Positions 44,782 to 55,123 are shown, counted from the stretch's first letter. The stretch: 64,000 nt of DNA from Sedimentisphaerales bacterium (GCA_040772485.1 JAXGYC010000008.1:96001-160000), one strand, 5' to 3'. The notes: generated from the letters alone by a model not told the origin. Made by a program: numbers and translations.

Positions 44782-45123
44782 ATGGATGACCGATTCTTCG
44801 ACAACTGGTCCACGCAGTTACGCAAGGGCATGTTGGAGCTGTGCATACTCAACGCCATCGACGGCACGCGTCTGTACGGCTACGACATCGTGCGCCAACT
44901 CCGCGAGATTGACGCCCTGGTGATCAGCGAGGGCACCGTCTATCCGATCCTGAGTCGACTGCGCCGGGAGGGGTTTGTCGAGACGACCATCGAGGAGTCG
45001 GCGGAAGGTCCCGCGCGAAAGTACTACACACTTTCCGAGAAGGGCAGAGGCATTCTGGTCCGCATGAACGACTGTTGGGCGAAAATGAAGACGGGAGCAG
45101 ACGGATTGAAACGAGAGGAATGA
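44782..45123 (+). CDS. PadR-family transcriptional regulator
   Basis: QLRKGMLELCIL, YGYDI, EGTVYPILSRL, GPARKYYTL. Confidence 0.95.
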   Translation: MDDRFFDNWSTQLRKGMLELCILNAIDGTRLYGYDIVRQLREIDALVISEGTVYPILSRLRREGFVETTIEESAEGPARKYYTLSEKGRGILVRMNDCWAKMKTGADGLKREE

Positions 45124-45125
45124 CA

Positions 45126-45905
45126 ATGGTCGAGCTCAGTGAGAGTGCCAGAAAGGGTCTGGACGACTACCTGCGCCAGGTCCGAACGTATCTGCGATGG
45201 TCAAGATCTCTGGACCGCGACGAAGTCGAGCAGAACATCGCGGCGCATATCGAGCGGGAACTCGAAGGCACGCCCCAACCTGTCTCGTCCAGCGCCCTTG
45301 AGGGTGTGCTGGCACGTCTCGGCAGTCCGAGGCAGTGGGTACCGCCTGAGGCGCTCGGCTGGTGGGCCAAGCTGATACTCAAACTCCGCACGGATTCCGA
45401 AGACTGGCGTCTCGCCTATATCTCCTTTGCCCTCCTGCTGGCAGGATTCCTGCTATTCCTGGCCAGTCCGCTCCTGCTGGTCTTCATTGCCGCCAGTTTC
45501 ATCACTTCGCGTGCCGCCCTGGCGGCGGCCGGTGACGAGAACCTCGGCGCCCAGAAATGGCTGCTTTATCCCGCTCTGGTCATCGGCTCGGCAATCCTCG
45601 CCACCGCCGTTCTGTGCGGCCCCGGATTGCTCGCCGGGACCGCTGGCGCTGAGCTGTACCAACTCGCCAGGATGCGCCACTACAGCGATATGGACATCGT
45701 CGAGTTCGTCATCATCTCAGCAACCCTGATCACAGGTCTCTGGTGGGTGGTCTCGGGTCTGACGCTGTGCAAACGGCCCGCACTGGCGCGCGGCCCCCTG
45801 CGTCCCTTTGCCGACCGGTTCAACCGTCACCATGCCCTGGCCCTCTTCGGCGCCGGCGTTCTGCTCCTTATCCTGCTCGCCGGCTACATCGCTTCCTTAT
45901 GGTGA
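45126..45905 (+). CDS. Membrane protein with HAAS-like N-terminal domain (PadR partner)
   Basis: YLRQVRTYL...EVEQNIAAHI...RLGSP, then several TM segments; directly follows padR. Confidence 0.7.
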   Translation: MVELSESARKGLDDYLRQVRTYLRWSRSLDRDEVEQNIAAHIERELEGTPQPVSSSALEGVLARLGSPRQWVPPEALGWWAKLILKLRTDSEDWRLAYISFALLLAGFLLFLASPLLLVFIAASFITSRAALAAAGDENLGAQKWLLYPALVIGSAILATAVLCGPGLLAGTAGAELYQLARMRHYSDMDIVEFVIISATLITGLWWVVSGLTLCKRPALARGPLRPFADRFNRHHALALFGAGVLLLILLAGYIASLW

Positions 45906-45946
45906 ACGACGCTTCCGCCATCTCCGTGGCGTAGCGAAAGGAGTCT

Positions 45947-46570
45947 CTACAGCTCCTCCGCCAAGCGGATGATGCGTCGCGCCGTGGTGTGTTTGCGCGC
46001 CGGCGGCAGTTCAAACCATTCGGAATTGGGCGTCTTGACGTAGACGGTGGAGGTTTCGGCGTTGATGGCGGCCGGGGCGTTGGCGACGATCATGTCGAGG
46101 CGCTTGTGGCGCATTTTGCGCTCCGCGTTGGCGCGCAGGTTGCGGTCTTCCAGGGCGAAGCCGACGACGATTTGCGAGGCGCTCTTGTGCCCTCCGGCCC
46201 ATCGGAGGATGTCGGGGGTCGGTTTGAGCTGTAGGGTGGGCCTTGGCCCACCTTGCCCCTTCTTGATCTTCGTTCTCGACGGACGCGCGGGCGTGAAGTC
46301 GGAGACGGCGGCCGCCATGACCAGGCAATCGCATCTCGGGAAGTGCTCTTTCACCGCCGCAAACATCTCACGCGCGCTCTCGACCGCAACGAGTTTGGCG
46401 CCCACCGGCGGCTTCAGCGTCGTCGGCGCGGTGATCAGGGTCACCTTATGGCCCGCTTTCATCGCCGCGGCCGCCAGGGCATAGCCCATCCGCCCGCTGC
46501 TGGCGTTGGAAATGAAGCGAACGGGGTCGATGTACTCGCGCGTACCACCGGCTGTGATGAGAAAACGCAT
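45947..46570 (-). CDS. coaB: Phosphopantothenate--cysteine ligase (stand-alone)
   Basis: LITAGGTREYIDPVRFISNASSGRMG, AAAVSDF, VGFALE, DMIVAN. Confidence 0.93.
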   Translation of the reverse strand: MRFLITAGGTREYIDPVRFISNASSGRMGYALAAAAMKAGHKVTLITAPTTLKPPVGAKLVAVESAREMFAAVKEHFPRCDCLVMAAAVSDFTPARPSRTKIKKGQGGPRPTLQLKPTPDILRWAGGHKSASQIVVGFALEDRNLRANAERKMRHKRLDMIVANAPAAINAETSTVYVKTPNSEWFELPPARKHTTARRIIRLAEEL

Positions 46571-46607
46571 GGACGACTCTCGTTCTTCTCCGTGGGTCGT
46601 GTCGGGC

Positions 46608-47162
46608 CTACGGATTCTTGCCCGCCAGCGCCTCGATGGCCGCGAGGATCTCACTCGGCTCAGCCATCCTTCCGGCACCCTCGGTCCCGCAGGCCAGGCG
46701 TCCCGTGCCCGGACCGACCATTTGATACCCCAGTTTCGCCAGCGTCTCGACGTTGGCCTGAACGATGGGGCTGGCCCACATCCGGCTGTTCATCGCGGGC
46801 GCCAACAGCGTCGGCTTTGCCCAACAGACGCACAGGGTCGTGCTCAGCAGGTCGTCACAGATGCCGTGGGCGACCTTGCCGATGATGTCGGCGGTCGCGG
46901 GCGCAACGACCACAAGATCCGCCCAGTCGGCCAGGGCGATGTGGGCGCTGCTGTGCTCATCCGCCGCGATCCAGAGCGTGGTGTACACCGGCGCGCGGGT
47001 CACGGCCTCGAAGCTCTTGGGCCCCACGAATTGGCAGGCCCCCTCGGTCATCACCGTCCGCACCGCCGCACCGGCCGCAGTCAGCTTGCTCGCCAGGTCC
47101 ACCACCTTGTAGGCGGCGATCCCTCCGGTGACCCCCAGCAGGATGTTGCGCTTCTCGGCCAT
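46608..47162 (-). CDS. coaC: Phosphopantothenoylcysteine decarboxylase (stand-alone)
   Basis: GVTGGIAAYK, HIALA, APATAD, APAMN, LACGTEGAGRM. Confidence 0.93.
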   Translation of the reverse strand: MAEKRNILLGVTGGIAAYKVVDLASKLTAAGAAVRTVMTEGACQFVGPKSFEAVTRAPVYTTLWIAADEHSSAHIALADWADLVVVAPATADIIGKVAHGICDDLLSTTLCVCWAKPTLLAPAMNSRMWASPIVQANVETLAKLGYQMVGPGTGRLACGTEGAGRMAEPSEILAAIEALAGKNP

Positions 47163-47208
47163 ATGCATGCGGGGACGGGTCCGGTCTGTCCCGAACCCGA
47201 AAACAACC

Positions 47209-47454
47209 TTACAGCTTCAGCCTCCATTGGTCCGCGTCACTGCCCTTGCCCGGGCCCGTGCCTCCCTCAATCGCGATCTTGTCCTGGAGGATCTCCTGGG
47301 CCACGATCTCCAGCATGGTCAGCCCCGTCGCATCGTCAATCAGGGGGCGCGAACCCTGGAGCAGCTCGGCCATACGCTTCTGTACCAGAGCGGCCAGCTT
47401 GAACCGCCCTCCCACCTTGTTCACGACTTCTGCACTCTTGAGTTGATCCAGCAT
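47209..47454 (-). CDS. rpoZ: RNA polymerase omega subunit
   Basis: KVGGRFKLAALVQKRMAEL...EILQDKI; located between gmk and coaC. Confidence 0.88.
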   Translation of the reverse strand: MLDQLKSAEVVNKVGGRFKLAALVQKRMAELLQGSRPLIDDATGLTMLEIVAQEILQDKIAIEGGTGPGKGSDADQWRLKL

Positions 47455-48089
47455 CAGTGTTCTCCAACGGAACTGCCTCGTTGACGCGGCGACGCCCCGC
47501 CATCCAGGGCCTGCTCGATGATCTCGACCACGTCGCCGATGGCACGCTCCAAATCTTCATTGATGACCATATGGTCGTAGTGCTCCCGGGCCGAGGCGAT
47601 CTCGGCGCCGGCCTTGTCCAGGCGCTTGCGGATGACCTCGGCGCTGTCACGCCCCCGTCGCCCGATGCGATCGGCCAGTGCACTCTCATCGGGCGGCAGG
47701 ATGAAGATCATCACCGCGTCCGGATAGACCGCCTTGGCCTGTTTGCCCCCCTGAACGTCGATTTCGAGAACGACGCTTTGTCCGGCCTCCAGGGTCTCGT
47801 CCACCTTGTCCTTCGGCGTACCGTACAGGTTCCCGAACACATTCGCGTACTCCAGGAGCAGGCCCCGTTCGATCCGCTCGCGGAACTCCTGCTCGGAGAC
47901 GAACCAGTAATCGCGCCCGTTCTGCTCGTTCGGTCCGGGCGGGCGGGTCGTCAGCGACACGCTCAAATGCACGTTCTTCAGCCGCCGGAGCGCCTCCCGG
48001 CAGATGGTGCTCTTGCCCACGCCGGACGGACCGCTGATGACGATCACTCGGCCACGACGATTTCTCCGTTGGACGGCGTTGGTTCTCAT
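47454..48089 (-). CDS. gmk: Guanylate kinase
   Basis: SGPSGVGKST, TTRPP, GRDYWF, YGTP, EIDVQG. Confidence 0.96.
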   Translation of the reverse strand: MRTNAVQRRNRRGRVIVISGPSGVGKSTICREALRRLKNVHLSVSLTTRPPGPNEQNGRDYWFVSEQEFRERIERGLLLEYANVFGNLYGTPKDKVDETLEAGQSVVLEIDVQGGKQAKAVYPDAVMIFILPPDESALADRIGRRGRDSAEVIRKRLDKAGAEIASAREHYDHMVINEDLERAIGDVVEIIEQALDGGASPRQRGSSVGEH

Positions 48090-48141
48090 AGTCACAGTCG
48101 AAGGCACAGGATCGACCGGCCCGGCCCGAATGCGTCACCCG

Positions 48142-49026
48142 TCATTCGACGTTCTGGATCTGCTCTTTCAGTCTCTCGATGAGACACTTCATATCGACGA
48201 CACGCCGGACGATCTCGGCGTCCGCCGCCTTGCTCGCCATCGTGTTGGCCTCCCGAAGCATCTCCTGACTCAGGAAGTCCAGCCGGCGACCGGCCTGGCC
48301 TTCCGTCTCGCAGATCTGACCGAACTGCTGCAAGTGCGCATCCAGCCGCGCGATCTCCTCCGAGATGTCCGAGCGATCCGCGAGAACCGCCACCTCGCGC
48401 GCCAGAGTCTCCTCATCCAGCTTCAGCTTCGCCTCGGCCAACAAGGCATCCACCCGCCTTCGCAACCGCCGGGCGTACTCGTTGATCACGCCGTCGCTCT
48501 TGAGCCGGATCGACTGCAACTCCTGCGCCATCGCCTGGCAGTTGCCCCTCAGATCCGCTTCGAGAAACCGTCCTTCCGCCTCGCGCATCTGCTGCAGCTT
48601 GCCGATCGCCTCTTTGGCAATGGCCAGCACCGTTTCGCGGACTCTCTGACTTTCTTCTTCATCGGGCACCACCGGACGGACGACACCGGGCAGGTTCAGA
48701 AGGCTGGCCAGATCGATCATTCCGCCGGCGCCGACGGACGCCCCGACGGCGTTCAGCCGTTCGACAATGGCCCGCAAGGCCGCCTCATCGATCTCGAAAA
48801 GGGCGTTGGCCGAGACCCCTTTGAGTCGAACCACGCAGTTGATCGTGCCCCGTGAGAGACTCTTGCGCAACAGCTTGTCGACGTCGTCCTCCAGAAAGGC
48901 GACGGCTTCGGGCAGCTTGATGATGGTCTTGAGATAGCGATTGTTCACCGCCTTGATCTCGACGGCATAACAAATCGCATCAAGCTGACCTTCGGCCGCT
49001 CCGTATCCGGTCATGCTGTTGAGCAT
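48142..49026 (-). CDS. yicC: YicC/YloC-family endoribonuclease
   Basis: SMTGYG, DISEEIARL, GRRLDFLSQEMLREANT, EQIQNVE. Confidence 0.94.
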   Translation of the reverse strand: MLNSMTGYGAAEGQLDAICYAVEIKAVNNRYLKTIIKLPEAVAFLEDDVDKLLRKSLSRGTINCVVRLKGVSANALFEIDEAALRAIVERLNAVGASVGAGGMIDLASLLNLPGVVRPVVPDEEESQRVRETVLAIAKEAIGKLQQMREAEGRFLEADLRGNCQAMAQELQSIRLKSDGVINEYARRLRRRVDALLAEAKLKLDEETLAREVAVLADRSDISEEIARLDAHLQQFGQICETEGQAGRRLDFLSQEMLREANTMASKAADAEIVRRVVDMKCLIERLKEQIQNVE

Positions 49027-49061
49027 AGTCTGATGCCTTCCGAAAGACCCCGCCGCGTCGG

Positions 49062-49457
49062 CTACAGGCCCGCTCCGTTGGCGTCCGCACTCGTGCCGGC
49101 GCCGCCCTGCGGGGCCGGCTCAGGGACGGCCGGGCTCGGCGTCTCTGTAGTCGGCTGCTGCGCGGTCACTGCCGGCGGGGTGCCGTAGTCGCCGATCTCC
49201 GGTTTGTAGAGCTTGCCCAGCACCACGGCCAGCAGCAGGAAGACCGCCACCAGGACAATCGTCACCCAAGTCAGGAAGTCGCCGGTCTTCGAGCCCAGCA
49301 GACCGCCGGCCATGCCGCCCCCGAAGGCCGCGGTCAGACCGCCCCCACGACCCTTCTGGATCAGAATCACCAGAATCAGCACAATCGCCACGAGGACGAA
49401 CAGCACGGCCACCAGCTTCATCAGAATGCCCACTGCCAGTATCGGTAAAACAGTCAT
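49062..49457 (-). CDS. secG: Preprotein translocase subunit SecG
   Basis: ILIQKGRGGGLTAAFGG between two TM helices; follows tpiA. Confidence 0.92.
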   Translation of the reverse strand: MTVLPILAVGILMKLVAVLFVLVAIVLILVILIQKGRGGGLTAAFGGGMAGGLLGSKTGDFLTWVTIVLVAVFLLLAVVLGKLYKPEIGDYGTPPAVTAQQPTTETPSPAVPEPAPQGGAGTSADANGAGL

Positions 49458-49534
49458 ATTCGTGCCCCAAACACACATCATTCAATCGTCTTGTCTCTCG
49501 ATCTCGGTCGCGCTTCGGCCGGCGTGCGGGCCTC

Positions 49535-50296
49535 TCAGGCGGCCGCCTCGATGATCTGCACAAAATCGTCGGCCTTCAGACTGGCGCCGCCGACCAGGCA
49601 ACCGTCCACGTCGGGCTGCCCCATCAATTCCTCGGCGTTGTCCGCCTTGACCGATCCGCCGTAGAGGATCCGCATGTCCTGGGCCACCGACTTGTCGTAC
49701 ATCCGGGCCAGCAGCTTGCGGATGAATGCATGGACCTCCTGCGCCTGCTCCCGGGTGGCCGTCCGTCCCGTACCGATGGCCCAGACCGGCTCGTAGGCGA
49801 TCGTGACCGCCCCGATCTTCTCGGCGCTGAGACCGGCCAGTCCGGCCCGCGTTTGTCGCTCCACGACCTGCTCGGTCTGCGAGGCGTCGCGCTCGGCGAG
49901 CAGTTCGCCCACGCACAGAATCGGCAGCAGGCCGCCGGAGATCGACGCGGCCACCTTCTTATTGATCAGCTCGTCGCTCTCCCCGAGCACGTGCCGGCGC
50001 TCCGAGTGCCCGCAAAGAACATAGGTGCAGCCGACGTCCTTCAGCATGGCCGCGCTGATCTCGCCGGTGAAGGCGCCCTTGGCCTCGAAGTAGACATCCT
50101 GCGCGCCGAGCGCCACGCCCGACGAGCTGACGGCCGCTCCGACCGCCGGCAGGTATACGAAAGGCGGAATCACTGCCACGTCCACACTGCTGCCGGCCAG
50201 TCCCGAGCAACCCTCGACAACGGCCTTGGCCAACGCCACGCCCGAATGGCTGTCCGTGTTCATTTTCCAGTTACCGGCGACAAACGGCTTTCTCAT
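49535..50296 (-). CDS. tpiA: Triosephosphate isomerase
   Basis: AGNWKMN, GAFTGE, GHSERR, AYEPVWAIGTG, YGGSV, LVGGASL. Confidence 0.98.
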   Translation of the reverse strand: MRKPFVAGNWKMNTDSHSGVALAKAVVEGCSGLAGSSVDVAVIPPFVYLPAVGAAVSSSGVALGAQDVYFEAKGAFTGEISAAMLKDVGCTYVLCGHSERRHVLGESDELINKKVAASISGGLLPILCVGELLAERDASQTEQVVERQTRAGLAGLSAEKIGAVTIAYEPVWAIGTGRTATREQAQEVHAFIRKLLARMYDKSVAQDMRILYGGSVKADNAEELMGQPDVDGCLVGGASLKADDFVQIIEAAA

Positions 50297-50323
50297 GATG
50301 CTCTCCTATAGTGGCCCTGACTG

Positions 50324-51394
50324 TCACAACAACTCGGTGGCACGCGGAAAGCTGCCCAGGATCGAGAGCTGGAGGCAGTGCTGCCGCGATTCTTCGAGGC
50401 CGATCTGTATCCTCTCCTCCGTGTGGTGCCCGAGGAAATCGACGAAGAAATAATACTCCCACCCACGTTTCTTGCTGGGTCGCGATTCGATCATCGTCAG
50501 GTTGATGCAGTATCGCTTGAAGACCGCCAGCACGTCGGCCAGGGCGCCGGCCTTATGCGCCGTACTGAAGAGGATCGCGGTCTTGTCCTCGCCCGTCGGC
50601 CTGGCATCCTCCCGGCTGACGACCAGAAACCGCGTGACGTTGTTGGCGATATCCTCGACATTCTCGCAGATCATCTTCAGGCCGTACAGCTCGGCCGCGA
50701 TCTTCGATCCGATGGCCGCCGCATGCGGCTCCTCGGCCGCCATCTGGGCCGCCCGCGCCGTCGAGGCGACGGGGATCGTCTTGGCCTCTTTGAACGTCGC
50801 AGTCAGCCAGTTGCGACACTGCGCGAACACCTCGGGTTTCGAATAGATCTTCTCCACCTCATCGAGCGAGCAGTTCGCCAGCAGGTTGTGGTGGATGGCC
50901 ATGAGGACCTCGGCACAGACCTTCACGTCCGTTTCGATCAGGGCATCGAGCGTCTCGATGACGCCGCCGCCGCTGGAGTTCTCGATCGGCACCAGCCCGA
51001 GATCACAATGCCCTCTGCCGATCTCGTCGAAGATGCTGCGAATATCGGCCAGAGGCTCGTATTCGACGCTCTGACCGAACTTGAGCATGGCCGCCGTGTG
51101 GCTGAAGCTCCCGGCCGGACCAAGGTAGGCGATACGAAGCGGCTTCTCCAAAACGAACGACCCGCTCATCAGCTCCCGCCAGATCGCCACCAGCGTACGG
51201 TCGGGCAGGGGGCCCTGATTGACCTTGCGGATTTTGTCCAGCACCTGTTTCTCGCGGTCCGGCGCATAGATCGGGCCTTCGGTCCGATTCTTGAGCTTAC
51301 CTACCTCCACAACCACTTGCGCTCGCTCGTTGAGCAGCTTGACCAACTGGCCGTCGATTTCGTCAATTCGATTTCGCAGGTCGTCCAACGACAT
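50324..51394 (-). CDS. pheA: Chorismate mutase/prephenate dehydratase (P-protein)
   Basis: LRNRIDEID...LNER, YLGPAGSFS, VPIENS, NVTRF, ESRP ACT domain. Confidence 0.96.
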   Translation of the reverse strand: MSLDDLRNRIDEIDGQLVKLLNERAQVVVEVGKLKNRTEGPIYAPDREKQVLDKIRKVNQGPLPDRTLVAIWRELMSGSFVLEKPLRIAYLGPAGSFSHTAAMLKFGQSVEYEPLADIRSIFDEIGRGHCDLGLVPIENSSGGGVIETLDALIETDVKVCAEVLMAIHHNLLANCSLDEVEKIYSKPEVFAQCRNWLTATFKEAKTIPVASTARAAQMAAEEPHAAAIGSKIAAELYGLKMICENVEDIANNVTRFLVVSREDARPTGEDKTAILFSTAHKAGALADVLAVFKRYCINLTMIESRPSKKRGWEYYFFVDFLGHHTEERIQIGLEESRQHCLQLSILGSFPRATELL

Positions 51395-51654
51395 AGACCC
51401 AATCCACGTGTGTCCGCAACAGGCGTTGTCCGGACCGTCAAGAGACTATCGCCGCCGGAAGAAACTGGTCGCTCCACGCGAAGGTTGCCCGCGAGCAGAC
51501 CCCTCTTCCCGGCCATATCAGCCCTCGGAAGCCCGGTTCAATTTCATGAAAACTGTTTTTCTTATCAGAATTTTGCCTTGGCGTCAATGGATTTCGCTCG
51601 TAGGGTGAATATTTGTGTGCTGCGCCGGACGTCCTGTTACGAGAGACCGAATCT

Positions 51655-52197
51655 ATGACCGCGAGCAAGACAAGATACACAATCTTCAGCACCCGCTGGG
51701 GCCATTTCGGTTTGGCCTGCAGCGAGGAGGGGGTCTGTCGGAGCTTCCTTCCCGTGTCAGCGGTGGAGACTGTCCGGAAGGTACTGCTGGCGAGTTTGGG
51801 GCCGTCCGCGCCGCACGCGATCTTCGAAAGGGATCTTGCGCGCGACCTTCAGGACCGAATAGCTGCCTACTTTGAGGGCGAAAACGTCGATTTCAGTACT
51901 GATCCGGCGGTTGACCTGACGGATCGCGGCCCTTTCGAGCGTGCGGTCCTGAACGCCTGCCGGCAGATCCCCGCTGGCCAGACGCTGACCTATGCCGCAC
52001 TCGCCGAGAGGGTTGGCCGACCCCATGCCGCCCGGGCGGTGGGCAATGCCTTGGCCGGCAATCCGATCCCGCTGATCGTGCCGTGCCATCGCGTGATCCG
52101 CACCGATGGCGGACTCGGAGGATTTTCCGCTCCCGGCGGGACCGCCACCAAGCAGCGAATGCTCCGGCACGAACAGTCCCTGGCGAATCCCAAGTGA
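51655..52197 (+). CDS. ogt: Methylated-DNA--protein-cysteine methyltransferase
   Basis: IPAGQTLTY, ARAVGNAL..NP, active-site PCHRV. Confidence 0.94.
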   Translation: MTASKTRYTIFSTRWGHFGLACSEEGVCRSFLPVSAVETVRKVLLASLGPSAPHAIFERDLARDLQDRIAAYFEGENVDFSTDPAVDLTDRGPFERAVLNACRQIPAGQTLTYAALAERVGRPHAARAVGNALAGNPIPLIVPCHRVIRTDGGLGGFSAPGGTATKQRMLRHEQSLANPK

Positions 52198-52465
52198 TTC
52201 CCAGCGCAGCACTTACAGATACCGCCCCTGCCAGGACTCAATTTCCGATACGCCGGTGCATTGCGGAAATCGCGAGCCGACGCACTGGGTACATTGGCCG
52301 CCAGACTCGAAGATCCGGCCCATCTGTCAAGCCGAGATTCTGCCGACGGTTGACTGGAGCGGTCGTGTTGCGTCTTTCGTGGTGGCCGCTGCGGTTCTGC
52401 GTCGATAAGATGAGGAGGCCTTTATGACCGTTGTTGCCGAGAAGACACGAAAGGGAGGAACCATC

Positions 52466-54247
52466 ATGAGGACTCGCACGATCGTGTGGCTGACTCTGGT
52501 ACTGGTGGGCGGCTTGGCATCGTGGGCGTGCGCGCAGCCGGCCGACGACATTCGTGAGCTTCGACTGGCTGACTGGGAACCGCGCTCGATGCTGAAAACG
52601 AGACAGAGCGTGGTCGAAAAGCCGGCGCACCCCGTCATCGACGTGCACAACCACCTGGGCGGCGGCGTCGAGCGTCTGACGCCCGACCGCGTCGGGCAGT
52701 ATCTGGCCGAGATGGACGCCGCCGGCGTTCGCACGGTCGTCAATCTCGACGGCCAGTGGGGCCAGCGACTGGCCGAGACGCTGGCGGCGCTGGACGAGGC
52801 GCATCCCGGCCGGTTCCTGACGTTCGCCCTGCTGGACTTCCGCGGCATCGACGACGAGGACTGGGGCCGGCGCGAGGCCGGGCGATTGGAAGAGAGTTTC
52901 CGGGCCGGTGCCAAGGGACTGAAGATCCACAAATCCCTCGGTCTGTCCTATCGCTACAAGGACGGCAAGCTCATGCCGGTCGACGACCCGAAGCTGGACC
53001 CGGTCTGGGAGATGTGCGCCAAGCATCGCCGGCCGGTGATGATCCACACCTCCGACCCGGCGGCCTTCTTCACGCCGCTGGACCGTTTCAACGAGCGATG
53101 GCACGAGTTGAACGCCCATCCGAACTGGCTGTTCCACGGCGAGCAGTTCCCCTCGCGCGACGAACTCCTCGCGCAGCGCAACCGGGCCGTTGCCAAACAC
53201 CCGAACACGACGTTCATCTGCGCCCACTTCGGCAACAACCCGGAGGATGTCGCGACTGTCGGAACGTGGCTGGACCGCTATCCGAACATGTACATCGACA
53301 TCGACGCGCGCATCTCGGAGCTGGGCCGGCAGCCTTACACGACGCGCAGGTTCCTTCTGAAGTATCAGGATCGCATCATGTTCGGCACCGACACCACTCC
53401 CGATCGCGACGCCTATCGGATGTACTACCGGTTTCTGGAAACCGACGACGAGTACTTCGACTGTGCCGGCGGGCACCACCGACAGGGTTTCTGGATGATC
53501 TACGGCGTGTTCCTGCCCGACGAGGTGCTACAGAAACTCTATCACGGGAACGCCGAGCGGCTTCTTTTCGGTCTCAGCAGCGATGTGCAGGAACCCCGGG
53601 CCAAGGTGCTGCGCGTGCCGCAGACAGACGATTTCGCCGTCACAGGCCGCGGCGACGCGCCCGCTTGGGAGAAAGCCGCGTGGGAGCCGCTGCAAAGGCG
53701 CACCGCCGGCGGTCATCCGTACGAGACACGCGTCAAGATGCTCTACTCGCGGACCGGACTCTACGTGCTCATGGAGGCCGAGGACCGCACGATCACCGCG
53801 ACGATGAACGAGGACTTCCTCGACCTGTGGCACGAAGACGTGTTGGAGTTCTTCCTTTGGCCCGACCAGCAGTATCCAGTCTACTTCGAGTACGAGATTT
53901 CTCCGCTCGGTGTCGAGCTGCCGATCCTCATTCCGAATTTCGGCGGTGAGTTTCTCGGCTGGCGGCCCTGGCATTACGAGGATGGACGCAGGACGCGGAA
54001 GGCCACGACCGTCGCGGGCGGCCCGAAACAATCGGGCGCTCGCGTGACCGGCTGGAAGGCCGAGGTGTTCGTGCCCTGCGAGCTGCTCAAGCCGCTGCAA
54101 AACGTCCCGCCACGGCCGGGGATGCGATGGCGAGCCAATTTCTATCGCATGGACTATGACGACGGCAGAACTACAAGCTGGGACTGGGCGAGGGTCGGTC
54201 CCAACTTTCACGAGTTCAACAGGTTCGGCACGCTTGTCTTTGAGTAG
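52466..54247 (+). CDS. Secreted amidohydrolase_2-family protein fused to a CBM9-like sugar-binding domain
   Basis: Signal peptide; IDVHNH, GLKIHK, IHTSDP, AHFG, FGTD; C-terminal YFEYEISPLG...WRANFYRMD...FGTLVFE. Confidence 0.8.
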   Translation: MRTRTIVWLTLVLVGGLASWACAQPADDIRELRLADWEPRSMLKTRQSVVEKPAHPVIDVHNHLGGGVERLTPDRVGQYLAEMDAAGVRTVVNLDGQWGQRLAETLAALDEAHPGRFLTFALLDFRGIDDEDWGRREAGRLEESFRAGAKGLKIHKSLGLSYRYKDGKLMPVDDPKLDPVWEMCAKHRRPVMIHTSDPAAFFTPLDRFNERWHELNAHPNWLFHGEQFPSRDELLAQRNRAVAKHPNTTFICAHFGNNPEDVATVGTWLDRYPNMYIDIDARISELGRQPYTTRRFLLKYQDRIMFGTDTTPDRDAYRMYYRFLETDDEYFDCAGGHHRQGFWMIYGVFLPDEVLQKLYHGNAERLLFGLSSDVQEPRAKVLRVPQTDDFAVTGRGDAPAWEKAAWEPLQRRTAGGHPYETRVKMLYSRTGLYVLMEAEDRTITATMNEDFLDLWHEDVLEFFLWPDQQYPVYFEYEISPLGVELPILIPNFGGEFLGWRPWHYEDGRRTRKATTVAGGPKQSGARVTGWKAEVFVPCELLKPLQNVPPRPGMRWRANFYRMDYDDGRTTSWDWARVGPNFHEFNRFGTLVFE

Positions 54248-54260
54248 TGAGGTCGCTGCC

Positions 54261-55115
54261 ATGCTTGATACAGGCAGATCCGGTCCGGAAGCGGTGCAGA
54301 GGAGGGCCTTCACACTTATCGAGCTGCTGGTCGTCATTGCCGTCATCGCTCTGCTGATGGGCATCCTCATGCCGGCTCTGAGCAAGGCGAGGAAGCTGGC
54401 GCGATCGGCCGTCTGCAAAGCCCATCTGCGCCAGTGGGGAACGATCTTTTTCATGTACACGACCGACAACAACGACAGATTCTGGACGGAGCACAATGTG
54501 TGGCAGACCGGCGTGCCCCAGGGCGGCTGGATGCCCTACCTCAGCCGGCTCTACGGCGACGTCGATGAGTTCCGGCTTTGCCCCTCGGCCACCAGGCTCA
54601 ACGGTCCCGTCGGCGGAATCGGCACCACCTTCGCGCGGTGGGGCCCCGGACCGATCATGGAGGCGCATCAGTTCGGCCCCGACGCGGCCAAGAACTACGG
54701 CAGCTACGGCATCAATCTCTGGATCAATTCGGTCGATCCGCCGTCGACGGAAGGATGGCGCGGCCGGCCCCAGTGCCAATGGAAGACATTGCAGGGCAAG
54801 TACGCGGCGGACATCCCGATGGTCAGTGACTGCACCTGGTTCGGCACCAATCCGATCAGCCTGATCGACCGGTCCTGGCCCAACAGCGGCGATCCCGCCC
54901 CTTCCGAAGACTGGTGGGAGCAGAAGAACCCCATCGAACCGGGCGACTGGAACTGGGACATGGCCCGGGTCACGATCAACCGGCACGAGAGGGGCATCAA
55001 CGCGACGCTGATGGACGGCTCGACGCGAAAAGTGATCCTGACGCACCTCTGGAGCCTCAAGTGGCACCGGGAGTTTCGACCGCTCTACGACGTTGATATC
55101 CCCTGGCTCCGTTAG
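54261..55115 (+). CDS. Prepilin-type N-terminal cleavage/methylation protein with H-X9-DG motif
   Basis: [45 protein letters not shown]. Confidence 0.9.
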   Translation: MLDTGRSGPEAVQRRAFTLIELLVVIAVIALLMGILMPALSKARKLARSAVCKAHLRQWGTIFFMYTTDNNDRFWTEHNVWQTGVPQGGWMPYLSRLYGDVDEFRLCPSATRLNGPVGGIGTTFARWGPGPIMEAHQFGPDAAKNYGSYGINLWINSVDPPSTEGWRGRPQCQWKTLQGKYAADIPMVSDCTWFGTNPISLIDRSWPNSGDPAPSEDWWEQKNPIEPGDWNWDMARVTINRHERGINATLMDGSTRKVILTHLWSLKWHREFRPLYDVDIPWLR

Positions 55116-55123
55116 CCCAAACA

